NCBI GenBank assembly: GCA_003971905.1
Contig: RSEE01000032.1
Span: forward strand, 434,001 to 498,000
Reading direction: 5' to 3'
Length of the DNA: 64,000 nt
DNA from: Moniliella sp. 'wahieum'
Taxonomy: Eukaryota
Positions 1-14,000 of the stretch are shown here, piece by piece (the first letter of the stretch is position 1; each line of letters starts with the position of its first letter). The translations under genes and the position numbers were made by a program. The notes under the pieces were generated by a model that searched no databases, was not told the origin of the DNA, and saw only the letters and a program-made list of their open reading frames with translations.

Positions 1-77
1 TACCCACTCAATTGACCTCCCTACAGTCACCATCGCTGCCACCACCCCCGCCTTCACCTTCGCTTGTCTCCCTCACG

Positions 78-1124
78 ATGAACATGGACTCAAGCGCTAC
101 GGCGTCAACCATGATGGCCTCCATGGCCATGAGCACCATGGCAAGTATGTCCATGAGCCCCATGGCAAGTATGTCCATGAGCCCCATGGCAAGTATGTCC
201 ATGAGTCCAACCACACCCACTGCTTCTGCTTCTGCCGCTCACCATCATGGGAGTATGGACGGAATGGGAAGCATGAGCGGTATGGGTAGTGACAGCGGCA
301 GCGGCATGGGTATGGGTGGTATGCATCACGGCATGGGCGGCAATGCGTGCAAGATGTCCATGGTTGGCAATTGGTACACTATCAACACTTGCATTCTTTC
401 TCCTTCTTGGATGTATGTCCTCCGTATCCCCACCTTGTTCTCGTTCGCACCTTTAAGTTACTGACGTTCTTGGAATTGCACTAGCATCAAGACGCATGGC
501 CAATTTGCCGGTTCCTGCATTGGCATTTTTCTCATTGTCGTCTTGATTGAAGTAGTCCGTCGGTTGGGCCGGGAGGGGATCGTTACGTGGTGCGCCAAGC
601 GCTCTCGCGGGCAGCCAACCAGTTCGGTACGGGAAGGACTCGCTCCCCCTCCGACGATTCCGCCGAAAAGCCGACCGAACAGCCTCGAGAATTGACACTA
701 AACGTCGACAATGCTCTGTACGGTTACCCCTTTTGGCTGGTGCGCCCACCATGGCGGCCAAATTTTGGGCAAATCACCCGGGACGGTTCACCCCATCGTG
801 TGGCAACAAGTGGTGCGCTCCTTGTTATACGGAATCCAGTTTACTGGCGCGTATCTGGTGATGCTCATGGCCATGACATTCAATGGGTATATCATCATGT
901 CCATCTGTCTTGGAGGCCTCTTTGGACACTTTATCTCGACTTGGGATTCCCTCGCCTTTGACCTCTCTTCTGACGATGACCCTTACCTCTTGGCCAATGG
1001 CGGAGGTGTGGGTAATCCTGGAGCGGCCCTCTACACTGAACGTCGTCTCCTGGCTCAAAGTCGATACGAAAACGCAGCCGGTCGGGCGACGGATGCATGC
1101 TGTGGCAATGGTGCCTGTTGCTAA
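78..1124 (+). CDS. CTR: Ctr-family high-affinity copper transporter (one intron at 413-484; frameshifted in this assembly; start could lie further upstream)
   Basis: Met/His-rich N-terminus, then CKMSMVGNWYTINTCILSPSW spliced (GTATGT..CTAG) to IIKTHGQFAGSCIGIFLIVVLIEVVRRLGRE; TM2 MxxxM motif (YLVMLMAMTFNGY); GxxxG in TM3 (GGLFG); Cys-rich tail CCGNGACC*. Confidence 0.93.
136..206 (+). repeat. 24-bp coding tandem repeat, about 3 copies, encoding MASMSMSP (Mets motifs)
   Basis: ccatggcaagtatgtccatgagcc repeated in tandem inside the Ctr N-terminus. Confidence 0.9.
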
Positions 1125-1504
1125 AAAGGCACCCACGTTTGGCTGAAGACTATAAATGCTTGCCTCAGGTGTGACGACGTCAAAACCACGTTCTATACAC
1201 ACACACCTGTCCACCCTTTGCTTACCTTTATTGCCCTGTGTACTTGTTCATGAATGGAAAGAGGACGAGACATGGGTTTCCCCTGAATATACGATACATA
1301 TTCTTTCTTGTTCTGCTTCTGTCGACGCCTAGTTCCAGCATGCCAGAGGGACCCCAACATGTGCTCAGCAGGATCCTGATAGTGTCATAGACTGCACATC
1401 CCCTTCTCGGCTTATTACAGCTATCCCTCTCTCCCTTCTGAAAAGTACTTTATATACTAGTTGGCCGCCGGGCCGACACTACAGCGCTATAGAGGGTAGC
1501 CATC

Positions 1505-1620
1505 CCGATGGTCCGCCGTTCTATGGTCCTCCATCCGATGGTCCACCGTTCCATGGTCCTCCTTCCGATGGTCCACCGTTCCATGGTCCTCCGTCCGATG
1601 GTCCACCGTTCCATGGTCCA
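1505..1620 (+). repeat. 30-bp tandem repeat, 4 copies; probably coding (PSDGPPFHGP)
   Basis: ccNtccgatggtccaccgttccatggtcct units; lies in a stop-free + frame spanning 1333-1764. Confidence 0.85.
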
Positions 1621-2962
1621 CCCTGTTGTAGTACAAACGCCAAGAACACACTCATGAGCCATTCTTCCTCTTATTGTGGTCATTACGGGACACGCTATAA
1701 TGCCGTGCTGTATAGGAAAGGCTACACAAGGCGCTTCCGTGTAAGGCCGAAGGAAAAGGCCTAAGGCCTAAGGCCACCAAGGCGGGATGATCGATGATCG
1801 ATGATACATGGTGAAATGATGCATGATGAGGCTTGAAAGACGGAGGCATCCGATGGCCCCCTTCGATGAATCATCGATCAACGACACCACTCTTTTGTGG
1901 AGGGGGCGGTGGGTGGGTTCCTGGGCTGGCTGGTGGCTGGCCACCGGCCACCCGAAGTCAAAAGCGGGCTGGACAAGACGAGACAGCTGCTGCGAAGCTC
2001 ACGGTCACATGACTTGGGGTCGACATCACATGTCACATGTCGCATATCCAATCCCATAGCGGGCCTGAGTACACCAGAGTGCCTCTGTGCCTGAGGGCGC
2101 AGTTCCACGGGTTGTGCCGTATGGTGAAACCAACACTGGCGGGGTGCCCCAGTGGCCAGGCCTTGGCCTCGTGTTTTCCACCGCCCCGTTGCTGCGACGA
2201 GTCGTCTGGCTCCGCTCGGCCTCGCCAGTCTCTGCGACTGGTCACCGGTCATCGAGGTCATCGATCATCGGTCACCAATCCTGATGGACACGTGGTGTTT
2301 GCAATGAGCTCAACCGATGATCGATGAGTGAACGTTGAATTTGAACATGTTGAGTTGAACGTTGAATTAACTGCACGTTTAACACGTTTAACACGTCGAT
2401 CGCTCATCTCAACCTCAACGGGGCCAGCGAGCATCTGCTCATCGACGTCTTCTTCCAACACTACGGCTACCGCCCCCGCCACCACTACCACCACCACCAC
2501 TTGCTTCCATCCCACCACCCGTGCCGCACGCCCACGTCAGTCGCTTCATTCTGGAGACGTAATCCCGATGAACGCTGACGCTGCGGACGACACAGATGCC
2601 GGGCTCGTGCCTGCGTCTGCTCTTTCGCCTCCGCCAGCCGAAGTCCCAGCCTTAACCTCAGCTCCAGCCTCAACCTCAACCCCAGCATTAACACCCAACA
2701 CCTCTCATACCTGCTTTAGCCCCTGTTTCCGCTTCAAATTCTGCTCCAGGCTCCCTCCCCCCCCCTCCCCCGGATTCTGCCCCCGCATCCGCGCCCCCCT
2801 CTCCCGCACCGCCCACTCAGACTCTGGCGACAGGAGATCAGACCCCTTCTTCCAGCCCACGCCTCACCGCTCGGCGCCCGCGATCCCCCTTCTTCCGCTC
2901 CCCTCGCCCCTTTACACGTCTCCATTCTGCCCAAGTCCCTGAACGGAATCCCTCCAGCTCGG

Positions 2963-5900
2963 ATGCCAACCAGAGTGCGGCCAACAGCCCACAGAGGTCT
3001 GTCTCTGTCACAGGCAACCGCCCAGCCACCAGCCATGCTCCCCATGCATTCGCCACATCATCATCGCCTTGCCCTCAGTCTCTGGGGGGGTCGTCCAGCG
3101 ACTCCCAACCCGACTCTGGTACTGCAAGCGGTCGTTCCCTTCGCCCCCGGACAGGCGAAGAGATGGATCCGACAACGGCGGCACAGATTTCACCATCCGG
3201 TCTGCGCTTCATGCGCCTTCCCAGACGGTCCGGGTGTGGATGCCGAGACGGGGGGGTATTTGATCTACACCTCAAGCGCTCCGATCCGTACGCTATTCCC
3301 ACAGACGCCGGACCTGATCGACCAGCCAGCGTCCCGCTCATTCCCTCTTTTGGTGGGTCGCGTGTGCCCTCCCCCAAAGTGTCGCGCGCGACAACTCCCA
3401 AGATACACTCCCGCACTGCAACTCCCAGGATACACTCGCGCGCTGCAACTCCCAAAACCACCCTCCGCCATCCTCCATGCCCTTGACCAATCCCGCTGAT
3501 GGCACCACCGCATGATGCCTCCCGATCTCGACCGAAAATTTTACCTCTTCTCCGGCTTCTCCTTCTCCATACACAAGCCAGCCTTGACATGCTGGGAACT
3601 TCTGCTCTACACGACCAATCTACCTCAAACCGGTATCCTTCTTCAGCACAGGAGGGGGTATACGCTCAGCTGACACTCGACTGAAGAAATTCTCGCGTGT
3701 TGTGCCTCGGCCCAAGTCGCGCAGCCGCAGCCCCCCCGCGCGGATGTCGCCGACAGCAATGTTGACCCTCAAGACTCGGCCGATTCAGATGACGAGAGCA
3801 TTGCTTCTCGAGGCGCAGCTGCCAGGTCTATGATTTCGGACTTGCGTTCGGTCGAGGCGGCCCAACTGGAGGATGACGCAAACCTCCGGCGCCTGTTTTA
3901 CTTCCCCACGCCCCCCCCCTCCACCCCACAAAAGTTGTTGCAGTCCCTTCGGGAAGATCAAACTAGGCCGACAACTCTCCTGTCGGACCTGCCCCTCCCC
4001 AACTCGAGCCCAGTTCGCCCGAAGAGCTGAACTCACATGTTGATATTCCGAGCACATCACCGCAACCCGACCCCGAGGCCGCGAAAGAGGAGGCAACGCC
4101 TATTCCCCATTTCCACAGGAGCACCAAGCAACATCTGATTCTGTTCCAACTTCCCCTTCCCCTGGGCAGGAGGTGGAGAACGCGAAGGGGGAGAACGCTG
4201 TAACCCGACGCCAACCAACAAGACTCTACACAGCTTTAGAGGAACCTTTACTCTTCGCTCCACACTCTGAGCCCTCTGGAGCTGCTGTACCCCGTGTGAG
4301 CTCGACCAGTGATGAAGCCGAGGGGCGCACGTCGAGACCGACCAGCAGTTTAGCGTCGTCGTCCTCCCGTCCTTTGGCTCATCCGGTTGCACGCCATGGG
4401 GGCTTGATCCTCAATGCTCTGAACCCACCGAGACCTGCCATTCCTCAAAGGAGTGATTCGGGGATTAGCACCCAAAGTGAGACACGGCCTACTCGACTGC
4501 TAGCGAAAGCGTCTCTGGGCGCAGTTCAATCGAGCACACTGGTCCCGATTCCCCTTCCATGTCCCGACTGGGGCAGTCGGGTACAGAATCGCCCCCCAAA
4601 TCGACCAGCTCAGGCTTGGGCGCAGGGTTGGAGAGCCTAACCCAGCGAGCTCTTCAACCACGCCCCCTACCACTGTATCCACCCTTCGCTCTTCTCATTG
4701 GAAACCACACCCCAATGTCCCCCCTCCTTTGGAAGAGAGCTCCCAGAGAAGAGAATTCGCCGCCTTGTCCGCGGACATGAATGACTCGTCCCAGGGTCCC
4801 CCCTGGGGTTGAAGTGGATCCGTCCAATACTTCTTCAACGCATTTACCTCCTGCGCTGGACGAGGAGCAGCCACATCCTACCATTGGGTCTGCTCCCGGT
4901 GGGATGGCCACTGAAGCATCCGAGGTTACGTCTTCCTCGACCAGAGCTGGCCCAGAAATCAGCGGCGTGAACCCCCCTCACTTCCCCCTGGGATGCCTCC
5001 CCTGTCGCGACATCAGTCCAAGTTCCTCCCAAGTTGTATACTCCCAAGGCCCACAATCTCCCAGTTATCCATCCTCGTGGAACGCGAATGGCGTCGGTTG
5101 GCTCCGTGGGCGAATCAATTTTATCACCCACCTTTCCCCCCGGCTCAGCGGGAGCAGGTATCTTCCCTCACTCAAACCCGCGAAGACGCTCCACGTTGGT
5201 TAGCTCTGGGACTCAGCACTCTGGTCGTCCGTCACTGTCGACGATCTGCACCGGCGATGCTGGGTTTGACGAGGAGGCCAACAAGAATGCGGAAAGGTTG
5301 CGTCGTCAACGCCGTGCCAAGACGGAATCGGAGGATCCTCAATCTCCCACCTCTCCCATCTCACCGGGCTCCTCAGCGTTCGCCACTCCGGCGTCGCAAG
5401 CCCATCCACTGAGAGTCCCAGCACACGGGTCCGATGGCCTCGCTCGCACCCGGGTGAGGCTCAGCTCTGGCACCGCCACCGGTCGTTGTTACTGCCCCGC
5501 CCACCAGTCCCTTGGCTCATCGAGCCATATAGCGGATGATCCGGCGACCATGGCCAGCCAGGGGCAGAGCCCTCATCCTCCCGTGGGGAAACTCATTGAC
5601 GAGTCTCATGCGAACTATGTACTCATGTACCACATGCTTACTGGCATTCGCATTGCCGTGTCGCGGTGTGAGGCCAAACCCAAGCGTCCGTTGACAGCTA
5701 ACGACTACCGAGCACGACACAAGTTCACCTTTGACATGTACGTTTACTTTTTCCCAGTCTACATTGTTACTGACTCTACTCTGAATCACAGTGTAGGGAA
5801 CGAATTGGCGCCCAAGTCCAACTACGACTTTCGTTTCAAGAGATTGCAGCGAGGTGTTCCGTGACTTGCGGCGCGTTTTTCACCTGGACACTGCAGACTA

Positions 5901-7069
5901 TCTCTGTCGCTCACGTCTCAGTACATTCTTTCGGAGCTTGGTTCGCCTGGAAAAATGTGGCTCCTTCTTCTACTTCAGCGGAGACTACCGCTTCATTATC
6001 AAGACCATCCGCCATTCGGAGCATAGGTTCTTGTTGCGCATTCTCCTGCTTATCATGAGCATGTGCAGAAGAACCCCCATACGCTTCTCAGTCGCTTCTA
6101 CGGCCTTCACCGGGTCAAGTTACCCCATGGCAAAAAGATCCCTTTGTTATCATGAACAACCTCTTCCCGCACCGGGACATTCACGAGAACGATCTCAAAG
6201 GGTCTCTTGTCGGGCGCGAGTACCCAGAGTGGAAGTTGGTATCAAAAAGGGGGGGGTACTATGAAGGACATCAATGGCTTCGTCGCGATCGTCACATCGA
6301 GCTTGGCCCCGACAAGAAAAGCTATTCCAAGCGCAGCTGCGGTCCGATGTAGGCTTGCTCCAGCGGCTGAACGTGATGGACTACAGTCTGTTGATTGGTC
6401 TCCACGATTACGCAAGGGCAACTCGCAGAACCTGCGACAGGAGAAGCTTACTCTTTTCCAACCTCATCCCCTTTCTCTGGCCCAAACTGTCTCGCCGACC
6501 GGCTCAGCTCGAGGGGCGAATGCTCATCCTCTCAAGCGTGGCACCGACGCTACTGCGCTTCGGCAGGCCGTGCAGCAATCCGATCCACGCAGTTTTGATC
6601 ATGCGGACCGGCAACTTCCCGACAAGGATGGTCGGGAGAGATTGTACTGTGTCTTTTACCAAGAGGAAGGTGGGTTTCGTTCCACTTCCCCGGACAATCA
6701 ACCTGGGGAATGGATTTACTACATGGGCGTGATTGATTTGTTTACTCCTTATTCGCTGGCCAAACGAGCCGAGCATCTCTTCAAGAGTATCTGCAATGAT
6801 CGGAACATGATCAGTCCCGTGGCGCCGAAAAGTATGGAAAACGCTTCCTTCGCTTTATGCGTACAATCAGCGATCCCACAGGCGTCTGGCCGGGATGGCG
6901 CCACCAAGCTGAGCTGGCTGAGAAGCGAATGGAGAAATCTCCGCCTGGCCTGCCTGGGGACGCTGTGAAGGCGATTGAGCGCATCGAATCACAGGTTCAC
7001 CATTCTTCCCGCCTTGTTGATCCTGAGAAGCGGCGGAGCAAAATCGGTAGCCTCAACTCGCTCTCCTGA
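2963..7069 (+). CDS. MSS4: Phosphatidylinositol-4-phosphate 5-kinase with a long low-complexity N-terminus (start uncertain; intron 5738-5791; many indels)
   Basis: Motifs across frames: HANYVLMYHMLTGIRIAVSRC, GSFFYFSGDYRFIIKTIRHSEH, MNNLFP, DLKGS, MDYSLLIGLHD, IYYMGVIDLFTPY; 27-bp coding repeat (SRxxTPxIH) at about 3385-3460. Confidence 0.9.
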
Positions 7070-7519
7070 CTCTGCTCCTAATTCCCTCTGCTTTCGAGGT
7101 GAGGGATGTTCCCAATACCTATTTGCTGGGTGCGAGGCCTTGAAGTTGAGATTCGCTATCTCCGTTGTCATCTTCTTGTCCGTCATCTTGCTTCGCGCCC
7201 GTACCCCTCTCCTATCTTCATTGGACATTCCTTCTGCACCTTTCCTCTCCTTCCTTGTTCCGGCACCAGACCACCTCACCTGTACTACACGCCTTCTACA
7301 TCATCATTTATACTGAGTTTACTTCCTATGCATGAATTGTCTGGTGTCATTTTCTTTTTTCGTTGTGCCTCTTTTCCCTGTGTCCTATGCCAACACCCTT
7401 TTCCCTATCCTGTGCAACGGATCGATCGCCTACTGAACAGGCTGGAGTGGTACCGGGCCGAGCCGACTGTACTGGCTAGCCTTGTCCCATCTATGGAGTA
7501 CATCTCAGTATGAATGGAA

Positions 7520-10403
7520 TGTGTTACAGGAAAGGGTACGCGACGTATAGGAGCGAGGGCGGCCGTCGACCCTCGGCCACGGCGGGCTTAAGGTTCAGGA
7601 CTGGTGCTAGCCTGACTGAAGGAAGAACGAGAGGGAGAATGGCGTGTCTTCGATGGGTGCGGCGCATGGTGCGGGAGAGATGAGGATACCAACTCCTCCA
7701 CCCCATCGCCCCCTGACCTGCCGGGGGGTAGAGACTGCCGCTTCCTGTCCTCTTCCTCTTCCTCTCCCTCTTCCGCTTCCACACCGCTTCTTCCCCTCCC
7801 ATTCCCGGTGAGAAGAATGGCTAGCGCCCTTGTCAGCATGGTGGGAGGTCGGATAGGGAGCGTGCCGAGAGCGGCTGGAGCTCCACGCGCGGCCCTCGCC
7901 CCAGTGTTGCCGGGCGCGCGCGCGCACCTCGGGTGGGTGCAGCGGCGCATCAAGCCCAGGCGCGCCAATCGAATGACAAAACTGGTCCAGCTGGCTCTGC
8001 TCTTGGCGCGCAATGTCCTGTGGGCCGACGTGGCGGTGCCGGGCCAAGTACTGGTACCGATGCGCGCGTCGTTCGGCAATCGCATCCAAACCAAATCAAT
8101 CTCCTTTTGCATCTTATGCTGCTTGCGCTCCGCACGTTTCAGCAGCTCTTCGCATTCCGCTGACCCTGTTGCATCCATTCCACACCAGATCGCGCACGTC
8201 ACGTCAGCTTGCCAACTCGGAGAGGGAACGGCGCATCTCAACAAGACGCACCTCTAGAGCCCACTTGTACCGCTGCCGCAGGCCTGACCAGGCGGCTTGG
8301 TAGTCTTTGGGAGGAGCGTCGGACTTTGTCCCGCTCGGACGGTGGGAAGGGTGGGGAGGTTCGGCGCTGGACAGGCGATTGAGATCCGGGCATGGCGGTG
8401 GGGACGGGGGGAAGAAAGAACAGGTCACGACGAGGCAAGGGCTTGGCTTGGGCAGCTGTGCTTGCTGCTGTGCCCTGGGCTCCCTAGGCAGCGCGCAGCG
8501 GAATTTCTATTCCGCCGACGCAGTGGCCATTACCGGTTACTCACCATGAGCCAGTCCAAGTGCAAGCGGCGATGTATTTATTTGTCGTTTTGTTTGCCTA
8601 CCCGCCCACCATCTCGGCCATCATCGTTGAAGAGGATCACACGAGTCCCCTCAACTGGCTGCTTATGATGGCCCGATCATCGGGACACCGGCGTGCTGTG
8701 CACAGGAAACCGATTTGATCTTGATGTTGTACTTCCGTCAGTCCCTGCATCATCTTCACTGACGGATCCATCAAGCTACGTGTGCGTGCCACTAGTAAAA
8801 GCTGCCACTGCTGTCCTTTCCCGCTGAGGAGTAAATATCTTGCCCGGCACCCCATGGACCGTTTGCAAAAGTACGAGTATCCTGAATGGGAACCAAGGTG
8901 CGGAGGCTAACAGTCCTATGCCATGTGTGTGTCATGGCACAACGGCAGGGCTACCGTTGGTCTACCGTAGGTCTATCGACACAACGGTAGTTCTACCGAC
9001 TTCAGCGGTAGCGGCTATGACTACCACTCAACTACTAAAGAAAGATCGGGTACTGGGGTATGCCTGTTGAGAAGTGTCTTCAAACGAATAGATATAGTAG
9101 TTGGAGCAAGTGCCCGTAGGTCGGCAACCCCGGCGGGGACAAGAGTAGGGAATGGAGACCGAGCAAAAGTAGCGGAGAGATGGAGCACCAACCATTGTAG
9201 CTGCCCGCCAGCAAAAGTGGCAGCGTGGAAATCAATGGGGGCGAGACAATAATAGGACGAGACGGCCGCAGCATGTTATACCAACCGGACTAGAGCCGGA
9301 TCGGAACCGGGAACGCATTGACCTCGTTTTCTTGGTGGGAGAGCGCCTTGGGCAGCATAGACCGTCCCTCGTAACACGAGGGGTGGCCAGGCGCGCGTCG
9401 TGATGAGAGGGTGGAGCTGAGGGGAAAGGACGGGAGGACGAAAGAACGGGGACGGTGGAAGGTTTGCAAGAGAATCGCGAGCCAGATGGACGGGGAGTCC
9501 ATTTGCCAGGTGCGGAATCCTCGGAAGTGAGGCGATGGGCATTGCAGACAGTCTTGCTGGATGGAGTTCCCTCCTCGGCGGGTCGTCGGCATTGCCCTCC
9601 ATCTCCATGTCCATCTCAAAGACATCCTCCTCCCAGTCCGGACCACGGAGTATTGGTTCATGCCCCCATGTCTCCGTGGAGGAAGCATGCACGGGCCGCA
9701 CAGGAGACTCGATTCCTCGGCCATCACCGAGGTAGAACGAGCGCAGGAACGAGACTGAATACGAATCGGAGCGGCCGTTGCGGCATGAATATGAGAGCGG
9801 CCGGATGGAGTGGTGCGGTCTGGGTCACGGCCCCGAACCTTGCTGGTATTGCGCCCCATGTTGCGACCGCGACTCGCAGTACGGTGGGTGCGCGTGTCAT
9901 GCTCGACAGTTGGGGGCGAAGTTCCAAAGACATGCGTGTCGAGAGGAGTCCCAATCGACGAGTCTGGAGGGTGCAGAAAGGTTAGTCGCCATCTCCGAAG
10001 CACGCCCGGAAAACAGCAAACACATACCATCGTCAGGAGTTGACAAATGAACCGAAGGGGTGTACGAGAGAGACAGGCCAGGAGAGTGGGAGATCAGGGT
10101 AGGGCTCCTGCGTTGCGACTGGGGAATGGGAATAGCCATGGGAGTGACCGCAGGGGAAGAACCGAAGAACGTGGGTTCTGAGGCGAGGACCGGCGAGGTG
10201 CCCGACACGAGACTGGCGGGTTGAGCAGTGGCTGTAGCGACCGACACGGTGGCGCGAACGCCCGGGGCCTTGTAGGGCAGCGGGCCCTCGGCGTGTGAGA
10301 GGCGGAAGCATGTGGCTGCTGGTGCTGGGGGCGGAGGTGCAGAAGCGGTTGGATGGCAGCGGGAACGGATGTCCGTGAGGGGGGCGGTGCGAGGGAAGGC
10401 CAT
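7520..10403 (-). CDS. Hypothetical Ser/Pro-rich protein, fragmented; boundaries approximate
   Basis: Canonical minus-strand intron at 9964-10027 (GTATGT..CTAAC..CAG) and a chain of overlapping minus-strand ORFs; no recognised domain. Confidence 0.45.
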
Positions 10404-12968
10404 TGTGGTGGTGGTGGTGTGGGACTATGCTGGCATGGAGGAAGGGGTGAGGGAACAAAGAGCGAGCGTGGGCTGGTATATATATGCCTGCCCCAGCGTA
10501 CGCAGCGACAGGCGTCAGGCGCAGTCCAGCTTAACGCCGCGCACGTGCTGTGGAGTGCTGCCGACTGGTGATGATGCAATCGTATGACTCGACCGGAGGC
10601 GGCCAGGCCGAGATCTTTTGGGACGCGTTGTGCGCAGCAGAGCAGCCCAACACGGACAAGAGCAGCTGTGACACGTGACGTACCACATCACATCCGCGCG
10701 ATATGCACGTCATCGATCATCACCCATCGTGTCAGCAATCCATACTCCGCCCCAGTTAATACGTTAATGCCCGAGTGGCCGACGTCATGCCGTGCTGCGT
10801 AACGGAAAACGCCAGGAACGCGGCCCAGTTGGCCTAGCGTCTAGGCCACTGCTTGCCACTGGCTGGGCCACTGCTTGCCTCTCTCCGGCAACCCGGCCAT
10901 CTACCCCCGCACTCGCGAAGCACGATCCGTGCTGAGCTTAGACATTGAGACTAGCAGGCGCTAGGCCCGTAGAACTTGATTCCTCAAAATTTACAAGGTA
11001 CGGGGGTGCTGGCATGGCGTGTCACTAGCACTGCGTGTAATCCATGTCATCGCACTCAGGTATCCCCGGCCGAACATGGCCGGAGCCATTTTCGAAACGG
11101 AGGCGGCTATAGGGCCGAGCCTGGCCGAACACGCGGCATAATGTCAGGGCGTGGCTGAGCCTCAGCCTTCCTCAGGCCTCAGGGCCTCAGCCCCTCACAG
11201 TTTCAGCGGCTGAGCTGCGCTCGCGCTCTGCTGCGCTCAAGGTTCAAGCGGAGTTACCAGTACCAGCTGCGCGTTACGCGTTCCGCGGCATTACGCGTTA
11301 CGCTAATTTGAGTTGTCGCGGTCGCCTCGGAGGTGGGCGGAAAGGGGGAGGAGGGAGAAGAACGTGTGTCATTGTGGGTCCCAAAGAGGCATCTCCGACA
11401 ATGTACCGTTTCCGTTCTGTACAATAGAACGGAACGGGCCAGGGGGGCTGTCCTGGGATGTCGGGTGGAACGCGGGAGCAGGGATTTAACCGAGTGGCGG
11501 CTACTCAGTACTCAGTCTCAGTACTCATCGACGCCGACGTCGTGTAATACACACACTTGGCACTAAAAAGTACCATGTTGCTAGTTCTATATTGTGCCTT
11601 TTAGCCTGTACATCTCCCATCTGTGGCGTCCTCGAGCTTTCTGAGGCCTGATGCATGCCGGCTGTGTCATGATGATGCATCAGCTGCATCATCAATTAAA
11701 GATTGACTTCAAGCTTCAAGCTTCAAGCTTCCCCAGGGCGAAACAATGACCTTCTGTATTAGGACGGATACAATTAATGTGCAAAAGCCTACCTGTATTA
11801 TACAGCAAGCTGCCGTGTCTTGCAGTGCTGCATGTGCTGCGCCTAAACAGATCAGATCGATCAGAAAAAGCATGTGGCCATGCATGCATGACATGCGGCA
11901 GCACCTTATAAATGTTTCTCATCACTATAGTCACTGAATCTTGATGGGCCAAGCAAGGAATGGAGGGTTACCGGTTACTTGAAGAACGGAGAGGATGATT
12001 TTGATCTGTGTAATAGCTCTCTAAATAGAAAAAAGCATGCCGTTTTCATAGGTTAAGATGTGTCAAGAACACACACAACCATCGATGTATAGGGCTAAGA
12101 TGCACTGATAATTGCTGAATATGTGTGGACATTTTTGCGCCGTGAACGCTGCGGTAACCAAAAACTATGACTGCAATCAATCAGGTGGCCTCTCGACAGT
12201 GCGAAACAGAGGCAAAAGGCGCTGATCACGAGTACACAGGCAAAGGATGCATCGAGTAGGAGCGGTGTTGGTCGTGTGCGGAGAGGAAATGATAGGGGGG
12301 GATATTGAAGTCTTCAACACACGGGGGTACTACTTTCAGGCCTGCGGAGGAGGCAGTGATCTATAGAGCCAGCTTCGCAAAGGGTCGGTCTACGGAGATG
12401 CTGTCATGTTCATGACACTCATTACAATAATGGCAAACAAGTCGATGATATATTTATGGGTATGGTTCACCACAGGTTGACCACTCCTGTTTGGGGGGGG
12501 GCGCCCGGGTTTAATGTATAGAGATATCACCAATCCTGCCCTCGGCGGGAAAAGTGTCTCGATTTATTTGTGTTCGGCAACAGAGGCGAGATCTGAGACG
12601 TCATGCATCATGCGTCATGCAGAGATGAGATCGGGGGAATGAGACTGGGAATGGACTCTCCCCCCCGATCGGGAAACAAGGAGCCGGGCGAGAAGAGCTA
12701 TGGAGGGGGACTATGGGTTCTCAAAGAATCAAGGAAGATCCACCCAAGGAGGCAGGAGACACAGGAAGCGGGTGTGGTGGGAGGGAAGCAATAACTAGGA
12801 GAGGTTTTCTGGATTGACGAATGGTTGAGAGATGACGACAAAATCGGGACAGTGTGTAAGGATGGGGGGGTCTAAAGAGGGGAAACAGCGCAGTATAATA
12901 GACAAAAACGGGGGAAAAGGCACCAGTGGGATCGGTCAGAGGCTACCGAGATTTGTGATTCCTTCCAC

Positions 12969-13204
12969 TGTTGGCCTAGGGGAGCCGGCAGAAGGATGAG
13001 GAGAAGGTGATGGATTGGAGCCAGAGTTGGGTCTGGGTACAGAGGCATCTATATAGGAGGCTGGACTAGGCACAGGGACAGTGAGTCACACAGGAGAGAG
13101 TGCAGGGCACAGGGACAGTGACACGCAGGGACGTCAGCGTGGAAGCCGATGGAACCGAGGCGAACCTGGTCTACCGACTGGGAGCCAGAGGATCACAGTC
13201 AACA
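12969..13204 (-). repeat. LTR copy 1 (236 bp)
   Basis: TG..CA ends; differs from the other copies by small indels near 12980-12990. Confidence 0.92.
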
Positions 13205-13920
13205 CCCCCGCTGGCCAGGGAACCCGGAGACATCGGTTGTGGGATGAGCTCCTGCCAGTGGATGTAGAGAGGGGAGGACTTGAGTGGCAACCGGGACGAA
13301 TGGCCTGGAGTTGTGCATGGCCACACGACTGGCCTACACCCCGCTGTCCAGGATGACACCTGAACGAGCCGAGCGCTTGTGGTTGGTGTATTGTGCGACC
13401 GCCAGATGCTTGTAGAAGTCTTAGAAGTAAAAGTAGTAGGGGTTGCGCCCCGAAGCGATTTGGTGGGCAAAAGTAAAAAGCACCAGTTATAGGTGTAGTG
13501 AAAGAAAATTGGAAACTTGGAGTAAATGCGGTCCAAGGTCGTTTGGCATCAAAATTGGATGCGTTTGGTAGTTGTTTGGTTCCGCATGCCTGGTGCCAGT
13601 GGGGTCCATTGGGCATGGGAAATGAACGGGCGCTATGCGTCAACCGTCTTGATCTGTTTGGGTTCTCTTTGTGTTGAAAAAGAGGAGTGGAAGAAGTTGG
13701 GTGACCACCCCCCCCATCCTTTCCCCAGGTGCCCCGGATGAATTGGCAATCCGGGGCGTGTAGCCGTGGGTGGGGCACTTGATGAGCAGCCACCCCCGCT
13801 TTCTGCGATTCGCCTGCGCCGTTTTGTCGTTGGAGGAATTTCGTCTCGTTGACGATACCCGACACGTTTTGTTCCGTCGTGTGTTGTCCCTAAAAATCAT
13901 TGCCCCATCTGTGGGGGACG

Positions 13921-14000
13921 AGTGTGCCGATTGTGGCGGTAGTATGCCGATTGTGGCGGTAGTATGCCGATTGTGGCGGTAAGGTGCCGATTGTGGCGGT
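13921..14000. repeat. 20-bp tandem repeat, 4 copies, in the retroelement internal region
   Basis: agtatgccgattgtggcggt and close variants. Confidence 0.92.

Noticed and set aside
1450..1683. Minus-strand ORF with RRTMERWTIG repeats
   Set aside because: Repeat variation is synonymous on the plus-strand frame, so the minus ORF is probably a shadow.
8951..8990. Inverted repeat ctaccgttg...caacggtag as an ncRNA or MITE
   Set aside because: Only 9 bp, no TSD, and inside a probable minus-strand coding region.
13921..14000. Short repeats as a CRISPR array
   Set aside because: Head-to-tail repeats with no unique spacers, no cas genes, and a eukaryotic context.
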